From NCBI GenBank assembly GCA_030704615.1, contig CM060731.1, positions 47,926,001 to 47,990,000 on the forward strand: 64,000 nucleotides of DNA, written 5' to 3'. Numbering within the stretch: position 1 is the stretch's first letter; every line of letters begins with the position of its first letter. The notes under the pieces are model-generated. The model was not told where the DNA came from. It made no database searches and was given only the letters and a program-made list of their open reading frames with translations. Positions 45,026 to 55,975 of the stretch are shown piece after piece. A program made the position numbers and the translations under genes. Origin of the DNA: Takakia lepidozioides. Lineage: Eukaryota; Plantae; Bryophyta.

Positions 45026-47731
45026 ATGAAGAAGCTTGCCCAAAGGGCGGAGCCGATTGGGTGGAATATATGCATGCCCCTCGCCACAAAGCCAAGAGAA
45101 GGTACTGGTATGAGCCAAGTGAGTACGATGCTAAAATAGTAGAAGCATTTTTGGACTTGAGCGTAGCGAAGGAGAAAGAGAACTGGCCAAAGGATCGGTT
45201 TCAGTGCCCCTTTTGCCCCGATATTGTCAAGGACAAAGAGACTCTAAACCGCCATGCCCTTGATGGAGGATGCAAAGGTATGGTCCCTGAGAACTTCAAG
45301 CCTTGGCCCAAGCCAAGTTCATCTAAGGCCGCAAAAGAAATCACTGTAAGGGTGCGCATGCCGTCGCTCGGTCTGCTAAGGAAGTGCGGCAGCATTATTA
45401 CACTGAAGCCGGCGTGCTGGGCCCCGGCCTCGTTGTGCCAGTGAAGAAAAGGAAGCTCAGTGATAGAGCTATACAAAATGTAGACCGCAAAAGTCACAGA
45501 TCTGGCAGTACCAGTACTGGCAGACCACGGGATATGAGAGTGAGTAGCAAAGAATTGCAACCAAGTCAGTCCTAGCAGACCAACACCAGCAGACCACAGG
45601 CTGCCGTTTCAACTTTGTCATCCAAAGGGGATGACTCAAGTGAGGAAGACTCTCATGAAGAGGAGGATCATGTTCAGGACATGTCGACGGAGCGGCCGGG
45701 ACTACTTGTGAGACCGTACTTGGTGAACGACCCCATTGGGTACGCCCCGCCGGTACATGACATAACCCTTGACTCGGACATCCCCATGGAGGAATCACAC
45801 CCTCAAATAGACCCACGACACCCACCACATAGCAAACCCAACAAGCAAACCAAGAAACAACAAACCCTGACTGACGCTCATGGAGATGTAATGGGCACCC
45901 ATGTTTGCCCTGGCACATTGTACCTGCTTCCCCACGGTCTTCTGCCAGACCAGTACCCAGATGAATCAGATCCGGACTTTTTCCCTTTTTTGTATGTTTA
46001 TGTGAGATCAGGGTAGATACAGCAGACCATTGACACAGCCGAGAAGAAGTGGGTGGAGGCACGATCACACCCAAGGGATGAAGACTACAACGGCCTCCAG
46101 GTACTTGAACCACTCTTTCTGTCGTCTACCGTATTTGAGTATTTCGATTTCCTGGTTGCGATTAGTGATATGTTATGTTGGGTGTTGTATGTGTGGCCCG
46201 CTGCTGTCGGTCTACTATTCTGGGTCTGCTATTCTGTACATGGTACTGCATTACTTGTTTTGGCTGTGATCTGCTCTATAGGTCCAGAACCGTGCGACTA
46301 CTTTCCCCTGTTGCAAATCATAGTGTTTTATTATTATTATTATATATGTGGTCTGCTGCGAACCGTCTACTATTTTGGGTCTGCTTTGCGCAACATGGTA
46401 CTGCAATTGCTTTGAAAGGCGCACTACTGCCGTGGTTGTGGTCTGCTGCATGGGTCCATGGCTATGGTCTACTACTATGCTCTACTGGTCTACTGTAATG
46501 GCCTACTGGTGTATGGTCTACTGGTCTGCTGTCAGGCTCAATCTACTAGTCTATGGTCTACTGCTCTATGGTCTACTGGTCTAATGTGAAGGGCAATATT
46601 GTTGTTTGTTTTCAAGAGGCAAATGCGCAAGACAACCGAGTGTACAGGGCTTTGCAAATCTGGAAGTACAGGTTGAATGGTCCTCCCTTGGAAAATACAC
46701 TTGTCCGGAATGAGGTCCGTGATATTCGTGACTACATCCTGAGTCTGTATCCACAGTCGGCTGATGCCATTGCATCAATTCAGGATGGCACCACGGGCCA
46801 CGCAGCAGGCCTCCCCCCGTCTGCTGTAAAGGTGTTTGATAGCACCGGTCAAACTAGCAGACCCGGCTCAGTGGACCTTTCTTCCGTGACCCGTCCTCCA
46901 GCGGACCTTCGTACCTCTTCAGCAGACCCTTAGCAGACCACATTGCGTGGTCGAACTGTTTTCCCATTTGGCAGACCATGGCGTCCTCCACAGCAGTCTG
47001 CAACTGATGAGGAGGACCCCACTCTTCCGAAGTTTCGTTGTGGGGAAAGCAATCGGCATCTGGACTGGTACAATGAGCTTCACCGCATCGTCGCCTCCCG
47101 GTGGACCTTTGCTCCGCAGCACTCCTCAATGGAGTTCACGGCGGAGGAGGCGACTCGTGTTTTGGACAAAGCCCGTGAGTATGGAGTGGCGCTTCTGGCA
47201 GAGGAGACCGAGCCACCGCTTATTGCGCAGCTCTTTCTCATGCACGACCCACGCCCACTGGAGATAAGGTACATGGCCATCGCCCACCCCATATTTGGTG
47301 TTCGTCCAAAGCACTTAGCGAGCTTGACAGAGACTACTTTTGAGGATATGGCAGATTGTTTCCTCCGCCGTCAATGGATGCAATTTTGCAATTTTGCAAT
47401 TTCAGGTCTTACACCAAATTTAAAAAAAAACCTTCACAACCTGCGGATGGACCTGCTGCACGGAAGCGAAGAGGCTCGGGAAAGTATCACGCAAGACGCC
47501 ATGATGTGGTTTGTGACTGTGCAGGAGCGTGCGGTTTTCGACGTTGCATTCAACAAACGACATGCTTTCCAAGTGCTCTGGAGCGGGTTTCCAACAGAGG
47601 GCCGTGTTGCAGCTCTGGGAGAGCTTGACGAGGCCTTCATGGATCGGCTTATGAAAGATATTGGGCCGTGGACCACAGTCCTAGATCATGGTATGTCATC
47701 AGTACACAAACCTTTTGAACAGACATTTTAA
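45026..47731 (+). pseudogene. MULE accessory coding region(s) of unknown function, including a C2H2-like zinc finger
   Basis: FQCPFCPDIVKDKETLNRH near 45200; exon-like ORFs 45615-46016, 46553-46933 and 46943-47731; frameshifts present. Confidence 0.5.
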
Positions 47732-48682
47732 ACAGACCTTCAAGTTGACCATGAACGAAGACCTTCTAGCAGACTTTATGAATCATGACAACCAAGAGAG
47801 CCCCATGTGAATCAAACCCCCATGTATTCTTCCATTTGTTAGCAGACCAGGGATGAGTGCTTTGTTTTTGACGTGTTTACATAGTATGATCCAGAGGACG
47901 AGCTTGTTCGGAATGCTCTTGACCAGTACGCCAATGGCGCAAGGCAGCTTCTACGAGCGCTCCGTGGCCATACTGGAGTCGAGTCACCCGTTAAGTGTAG
48001 GCTCATTGGAGTTCGTACAACAGCAGACACACAGAACCCAACTCCCATGGAGACCCAGGAGACCCGTAGCGAGCAGACTGTGGAGTGAGCAGACCCTTCC
48101 CAGCCAAATCCCAATTACCGACATGCCAACCAGCAGACCCCCGACTGGATTACGGAGAACAAGGAACAGCAGACCCCCGACTGGATTGCCAGTGATCCCA
48201 AGCCAGAGAATGTGGGTGACAAAAACTTTTCGTTGCCAAAACAGACTTTCGTGGAGGCATTGCACACCTTACCCGAAATTACCGGGGAGACCTTGGTTAT
48301 GCAGACCTTTGCAGATAACAACTTCCAGAACGGACATGGGCAGACCTTTCCAGATCAGTGGGCACCCATCACCTTGGCAAAGCAGACCGCTGCAGTGGAA
48401 TCAGACCTGAACAGACCAGTACAGGCCAGAGCACACCATAGCAGACCCGACAAGACCAGACAAGACCACACCACACCAAATCAGACCAGACCACCCCACA
48501 CCAGACAAGACAAGAGTAGACCACAGAAGACCAGACCACAGCAGACCAGACCACAGCGCAGGACTCCAGACAATCCGAGTGCACAACAGACCATACCCCA
48601 AAAGACCAGAGGATACCAGACCAGAGCAGACCACACCAGACCGTCTCAGAGCAGACATTTTCCGACCAGTGCAGGCCTGATC

Positions 48683-49410
48683 TGTCGCAGCCCTTTGCCT
48701 TGAGGGCAGGGGGTCGGGACACATGAGGGGCTGCCCATGTGGTGGGGGCAGCGGCAGCGATAGGTATGGGGGGCTGAAGCACCCTTGAGTGCCCGAGGCA
48801 CTCAAGGAGGCGGAGGTGCTCACTAGGTGGAGCCCCGCACACCGGGTTGCGGTGGGGGTGGCTCCACAAGGGGTGGTGGTAGCTTAGCGGGACTTAGTGG
48901 GGGTGGCATAGGACTCACCATGGGGGCGGAGACCTCGTGGTGGGAGTCGTGGGGAGTCTTGGGACTCATCACGGTCCATAGGGGCCGTGGTGAGTGGGCC
49001 AAGACTCACCACGACTCATCACCGGGAGTCGAGGGTTTTCGTGGTGGTTCGCCGTAAAATGGCATGGCTGGTTGTGAAACCCCCACGGACAGCTACAGAA
49101 GTATATATAAGGGGAGTAGTGACCCCGAGAACGGTGCAAGCCCGTTGGTGACCAAAAACTAGTGAGTAAGCGAGCGAGCCGGAAAGCGACCAAGGAGTGG
49201 GGAGCTGTTCCGGACTGCCATCTACCAAAGGGAATTCCACTAGGCCCAAATAGGTGGAGGGTTTAGTGGGAGAGCGAAGGGGGACAGTTATGTCCCAGTG
49301 AGCAGCCGAAGCTCCAAGTTGGCCCGGCGGCCAGGTTGGGAGTCAGGCGCGCGCATCAAAGCGAGTAACTATGACTTGAAGGGGAGCTTACCGAGGTGAG
49401 GTGCACGACA
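48683..49410 (+). mobile_element. Solo LTR (728 bp) nested in the MULE
   Basis: TGTCG...CGACA termini; 5-bp TSD TGATC (48678-48682, 49411-49415); TATATAA at about 49103; homologous to 60728-61445. Confidence 0.92.
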
Positions 49411-50887
49411 TGATCAGACCTTGCTGGAGCAGAGGAGAGAAGATCAGACCTTGCCGGAAAACACCCTGGCTGGTACATTGCTTGACAAATGCACCACAGA
49501 AGTGCATCGTGACGCAGGTATGGACGCCGACACCTCACCATTCCAACATCAGCAGACCTTGCCAGTGCATGACATTAGACCATCTGGAGACCTAGCGATA
49601 ACCCAGGAAGCAACGCCCATACTCCCTGGCACATACGAGTTGCCGAAAATGAGAGGAGCAATTCCTTTCCCCCCCACTGCAACATCTGCTGAGAAGCAGA
49701 GAATGGTAGTAGACCTTACCCTTGCCACCAGACCTTCTGACACAGCACTGCCTGAACAGAACCGGGAAGGCGTCAATGCTCATTTATCCATAGTACAGAC
49801 CAATTCTGCAAGTGCAACAATGGACTATGACTGTGACAGTTTGGTCGGTGACCTTCCCCATCTGTTAGAGGCAGGGTCTACTGCAGATGAGGATGCATCT
49901 TTGGCCGTTTTTCCGCTTACTTTTGTGGACCCTGACTCGTCTGTAGACCCACTACTGGCAATAGACCAATCCGTTGATAGGGTGCTCCGCATGTTCCCCA
50001 TAGCAGACCATTCATCAGACCTTGTCGAAACCCATGCACATGTTTCTGTCCCTTCTCATTCTGTGGAACCAGTCACTGTAGTCGAAGATGTACCTGCCAC
50101 AGGAGTGGTGCAATTGCAGACACCCACAGCGCCCACAAAGGTCTGATTCCATTGCATTTTTGCAGTCCATTTTTTTTTCCCAGTGCATTTGGGTGGTCAT
50201 TGCTGATGTTTTGTGGTCTGATATTCGTGTGAAGGTTATGGCGTCTGAGGTCTCAGCTCGTGGTCCGTCGCAGGTGCTCAACATGCGGTCAAGCACAAAG
50301 GGTGTACCAGTAGTGGTAACCCCCACCGTAGGGGCCAGTTCGACCCATGGACTGCAGGAAGCATCTAGAACGGGACCACAAAGTGTTAATAAACCCCAGG
50401 ACCAAATTTTGTTGCAAAGCCGAGCTAGCCAGCTCCGGGAGGGTATGAAGGAGGCGGCTGTTGCATTGGAAAAGAAGTTGGAGGAACCTGCTTCACCAAA
50501 TAGAGCTGGGAAGAAGCGCATACCAGATGGCGTGGCAGACCCGAGGCTAAAAACAATTTCCCCCCAAAAAGGCGTTGCAAAAAAACCGAAGTCCGGAGTA
50601 TACATGAGTGCTGACCAGAAGGTCTGCTTGGAAGTGGAGAGCAAAGTTGCGGAGCTGTGTAACAAACAAAAGTAAGTGTCGTTGGTCTGCTTGCGATGCT
50701 CTGAACACACCAAGTCTATGGGTCTGCAGCAAAAAAGTTGTATGGGTCTGCTAGGTTAGATGTGGCTGCCGTTCGTCCGCTCCATTGGCCTGCTTCGTTG
50801 GTCTGGTCCTTGGGTCTGGAACCGTATCCGTTGTAGGTCTGGTCCTTTTGGGTCCGCCAGCACGGTTCTTAAAGGGTTTTTCCAAGT

Positions 50888-51929
50888 TTGTGCATGTTCA
50901 CTGCCCGATTTGGCTCTACTTTCAACGCACATATCTCTGAGGGAAAAGCAATGCTATATTTTTTTGAAAACGACCCACAGTTTGAGTGCAGTATTTCCAC
51001 CGAGGACCTCAAATTGCTAGAGAAACAGGAATCCGAGGTACAGACCGATTGCTTGAGTTGTGGTGTAGGTTTTATCAGAAGGATCTGGATGTCAAGACAT
51101 ATAATGATGTTGCTATTTTGCCGACGTGGGTTTGGAGTGTAGTGAAGATTCACTGGAGTGTAGGTCAGGAACGGGTTCGCTCGCAGGTGGAGCACGGATT
51201 GACAATGCATCGTATGGGGAAGGACCTGAAGACCTGCAAGTACATACTGGTACCAATAGGTTATGGGTAAGTGCTTTGCGTTCGTGCGTACCACTGTTTC
51301 TCTGCCCTTTATCATTGGTCCACCATCACTGGTCTGCAACATTGGTCTGCCCAGGTCTACCAGTCTGCTCAATGGGTCTGCCATTTTGATTTGCAGTTGT
51401 TCCCTTGTGCTGATGCGCCCTGCGTTGTGGCAAGTCTCATTGGAGTTTGGTGATTATTGACCGGGTGCTCCGTGTGTTCACTCATTTGAACTCAATCAAG
51501 GAGATGCACAAACCCGTGGAGATATTGCCATGGGTTCGAAATGTGTATGGAGCATGTCTCGGCTTGGAGCCGCACGCTGCGTCGTGGGACGAGGCCACTG
51601 GATTCAATTTTCATGTCCCTGAAGTGCCACAACAACCCTTCTCTTGGGAATGTGGCTTTTACGTCATGTCATTTATCGAGGGGTTCTACGACTGGTTGAA
51701 GGGCGATCGTGGCAAAGGACTTAGAGAGAGAGGAAAGCCGTTTACCTCAAAGTGGCTTACATTCCGCTATGCTTGCAGGCAACGCCTAAAGTGTGTTGAG
51801 TACATTTTGAAAACACTCAGTACTATGGAGAATGTAGTTGTAGAAAGACAGTTGTCATCTAGGAAGATTTCGGACGTGTCAGACTCTTCCGAAGTCCGGG
51901 TTATTTCATCTAGGCCTGGCAATAAATGA
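50888..51929 (+). pseudogene. Ulp1-like (peptidase C48, SUMO protease-like) domain carried by the MULE
   Basis: KYILVPIGYG (intron) SHWSLVII...HLNSI...VPQQPFSWECGFYVMSFI gives His, Asn in place of Asp, Gln and Cys in C48 order. Upstream ORFs 49421-50675 are probably its low-complexity N-terminus. Confidence 0.85.
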
Positions 51930-51989
51930 AAATTCACTCATGTGGTCTGTGGTGCAGGTTTGTTCATTTTTATATATGATGTACATTTT

Positions 51990-52510
51990 TGTATGCAGTA
52001 CTCCTCGACGTGGTCTGCTATTGAATTAATGTTATTGGTCTGCTACCTCCACGGAGTGGACTGAGTTTGGATCACGGCTGTTGGTCTCCTCCATGAGATA
52101 GTGGTATACCAAACTCGGTGGCGCAGGTCAGTCCCATCGTTAGCCGAGTGTACTGTCTTGGGCTACCCCTGTATTGTATTGGTCTGCTTCATATGGTCTG
52201 TGGAACATTTCATGAGTCTGCTGTCGTGGTCTACTGCTACTACTTCTGGTCGACATTTTGTATTGAGTAGTGATCCACATGGTGTGCTAGTCCGATGTTA
52301 TTGATCTGTCTATGTATGCAGTACTCCTCGACGTGGTCTGCTACTGAATTAATATTATTGGTCTGCTACCTCCACGGAGTGGACTGAGTTTGGACCACGG
52401 TTGTTGGTCTGCTCCGTGAGATAGTGGTATACTAAATTCGGTGGTCGGCTAAATGTGGGGCACAAGTCAGTCCCATCGTTAGTTGAATATACTGTCTTTG
52501 GTCTGCTTCA
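51990..52510. repeat. Direct duplication of about 200 bp in the MULE intergenic region
   Basis: TGTATGCAGTACTCCTCGACGTGGTCTGCTA...CCACGGAGTGGACTGAGTTTGGA at about 51990 and about 52313. Confidence 0.85.
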
Positions 52511-52663
52511 TTGAACTATGCTTGCTTCATTACTCTACTACATTCGTTTACTGGTTCATTTTGGCTCATTTTTTGACTTCATGGTCTCCTTCATCAAACC
52601 ATTAAAAAGCACATTAAGGGAGTCGCGGATGCTCTGCCGCTTTGGTCTATTACAAGTCAGTGC

Positions 52664-52875
52664 TGGTCTACTGCAGGTGGTGTGCAATCATGGTCTGCCG
52701 AAATGGTCTACTTCAGGTGGTCTGCAATAACGGTCTGCCGATCTGGTCTACTACAAGTGGTGTGCGATTATGGTCTGCCGAATTGGTCTACTTCAGGTGG
52801 TATGCGATAACGGTCTGCCGATCTGGTCTACTGCAGGTGGTCTGCGATAATGGTCTGCCGATCTGGTCTACTGCA
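52664..52875. repeat. 40-bp tandem repeat (about 5 copies) built on GGTCT
   Basis: Unit TGGTCTACT.CAGGTGGT.TGC.AT.A-YGGTCTGCCGA.. Confidence 0.9.
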
Positions 52876-52919
52876 TGTGAGAATTGATCTACCGCATTGG
52901 ACAACTGCACGTCCTTTCC

Positions 52920-55900
52920 TTAGTTAGATTGATCCATCTTTCTTAGTTCTGGACGATGAGACACCCGCCTCAGAGCCAAGTAAATATGGCTAACAGGGGG
53001 AAGGGCAGACACACGTTTCCCCCCATTTAGTTTCATTTTCCGCCGAGCTTGAAAATGTTCCACAAAATCTTTTTTCCTCTTTAATGACACGTTGTTGTTG
53101 TCTTTTACACGATTGAACGCTCGTGCTGCAGCCGGGTGTAACATGCCGGAAGCTTTTTTGACGAGGATGTCGTGCATCTGCCCTCGGCAAACATGCATCG
53201 CAGACAAGCAATGGTGTATAAGGTATGCGTTGTTGTGTACAACGTCAAGCAGGTCGGTTATCTCCCGTTTCAAAATAGCTTCCAACAGGTCTGTCGTGAG
53301 CAATGACTCTGCCGTGTTCGGGGTTGCACTTGCACGCACGTTACCGCTTTCAAGGTCGCATGCTGCCATGTCGTCGTGTTCGTCCAAATTCTCCAGCCCA
53401 CCATGAACAGTACCGAAGTGGGAACCACGTGTCCGGACAATGAGACCGTCTTGCAGGTCTGGTTTTAGCAACTTTATGACCCGAACCTGGTGCTTGCACA
53501 AATTGCCTTTCAGCGCCCACAGGTAGGTGCAACAGGCCCACTGCGACTCTGGATTGAACACGATGTACGTTGTATTCGGATCGGAGGAGCTGATCACGTA
53601 AGCAGGCTGCCTAGGCGCTGCAGGCAAAGTCACACGTGAAAGAGGTATGTCACGGGCTGCACATATTGCACTGGAAATGTGCTTTTCCTGTTTATCGTTG
53701 CGAATAAACCCATGCGTCTTCACATGAATGCCGTACCAATAGTGGACCAGTACACGCCCAGTCAACTCCCATATTAGCCAATCGGCTCTTCGACCGGTCA
53801 TTTTGCCTTCGCCCATATTAAGTCTCGCCTTTAAGTTTTCGTGGTATGCCTCGATGCTTGCATTGGTATCTTGGCTTGCATGTGGAATGTTGTGGGCAGC
53901 AGTACACCACATAGCGATTTTGGGAACCCAGTACACATGAATGTAGTGGAGGAACAACTGACCAGACGGATATTTCTTTTTCATTACCTTCAATTTTTTC
54001 TTAACCCATTTCACAACTTCGTCTTCTTTCTGTGGTCCACCTCTGCAGTACATAAGGTCGCTCATATCTGCCAACAATTTCGAGGATGTTCCCGGATCAC
54101 TGATTTTCTGGCATGATTGCTTGACCCAGGCCTTCCGTACATGCCAAAGGCAAATGAAAATGCATACTCCTGTGAAAACAGACCTGCATGCGGCCACAAA
54201 GTCAGAAGTGCCTGAACCGGGCATTTGTATTCAGCACTGCCACAAGCTTGAGATTAAACAGGGCAGACCATATAGAGCAGACCATATAGTAGACCCTGAA
54301 GCGGACCATAGGGCAGACCATAGGGCAGAATGAGATGTGGCATACCAGACCAGACATGGCAGACCTTGCAGCGGACCATATAGCAGACCATAGGGCAGAT
54401 TGAGATTTGGCATACCGGATTGCATTGATTTCTGCTTCAGCGTCGTCGACAATGAAGACATTTGGCCGCCAGTTGGGCTTTTCTTGAAGGAGAGCATCAC
54501 GCAATGCTAGCATCCACGGGATAAGGTCTGATGTTCGATTGCGTGTTGACAAAATGTATGCAACTGGAATTCCGTTCAACCATTGGTCGAACACCATCAA
54601 CGTGTACAAGGGGAACTGCATGAATTGACAATTTGTAATTAGCAGACCAGTGTAGTACCGACAGGCACAGGGTCTACTACAATAGGGTGAAAACACACAT
54701 GGTGTATTGCAACTTGGTGAACATGCACAGGGTGTACTGCAACTTGATGAATAGGCACAGGGTCTACTGTAACAGGGTGAACACGCAAAAGGGTCTGCCC
54801 TAAAACAGAGTGCAGTGGAAGGCCTGCTGGAACAGGGTGTACTGGGACAGGGTCTACAACAGTTATGTCTATCGGGATTGAGGACGAATAAGCAATGCAC
54901 CACAAGAGTGGGAGACCATTGTAGTATGCTATCATGCTAGCAGAAGCCCGTGGAACTAACCATCACAAGGAGTCTGAATCCCAATGGTGAAGGTCAAATC
55001 TCCATCAAAATGTTGAAATGTGGGTGCCAATGATTCGTCTTGGTAGAAGAAGACCGAGTCCGGGTTTTGATCTTTCAACATACGCACGGATTGTGCGTCA
55101 TCAGCGTGTTTTTTGAAGGTCTGTCAGGCTCGTTTTTCAGCGAGATTTCGGACATCTTGCTCGAGGAGAAAGTCGTCGCATGTCCATGCGTCTCCCAAGC
55201 CACTGTTTTGCATGACGTGCTCCTTGTGTTCAATCATGACTTGGGCGACACTCAAGCCTCGAAACAAGCATTCCATGATCCACTTTTTGAGCTCCTCGCT
55301 AATATGTGGAGCATTTGCATATCGGCTGAACTGGAACTCAACATATCCGCCATGAGAGGGTTTTCCGGACACATCTAGGTGTTGCATGTTGTTATAATAT
55401 GTGATGACCCCAATGTCTGGAGCAAGATAACATTGTGAGACTTTGAAATAACAGAGACACACACGCTTGTAAGACTCGCCGTATTAGCTTTTCTTTCGTC
55501 TTGGACCATTGTGAGGATTACTGCTTCCAGCCCCAACGTCCGGACCTCCTCGCTTGACTTTAGGATCCGTGACAGTCAAATTGTTGGTGCGCTTGTCCTC
55601 TGGTCCATAGCAACACTGATATCTGGACAGGGTCGTATGTCATCGACTCCGGAGTATGTCATCGACACCCATGGAGTTCTGCAAGCATATAAGACAGCCT
55701 AAACCCTATCTACATATCATGCATGTACATGTCCGGCAAGCACAAGCACATGGCATGAACAAAGAGGCAGTGCGGGAATATGGTGCAGACATGACAGAGG
55801 TTAGATATGTGTTAGCTCTTGGAGCTCTTCGCGGTCCGGGCTTCACGTTAACATGCACATTTATCTAAAATTGGGTGGAACACCCGTCTCTACTCTCCTC

Positions 55901-55975
55901 TCCAAGTACAAAAGTCGGGCACTCTCTGCCAGGGAATACAGGTCGTGCGGACATTTGAAGACATTTGAAGACATT
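52920..55975 (-). pseudogene. MULE transposase with SWIM zinc finger (intron-containing, degenerate at the 5' end)
   Basis: FPLYTLMVFDQWLNGIPVAYIL, WRPNVFIVDDAEAEINAIR, IFICLWHVRKAW, DTNASIEAYHENLK, RRADWLIWEL, ACCT..WALKGNLCKHQVRV; stops and deletions in 54900-55900. Confidence 0.88.

Noticed and set aside
52640-52875. CRISPR-like periodic repeats (also 54660-54860 and 48400-48660)
   Set aside because: Units are head to tail without unique spacers, there are no cas genes, and the context is a eukaryotic transposon.
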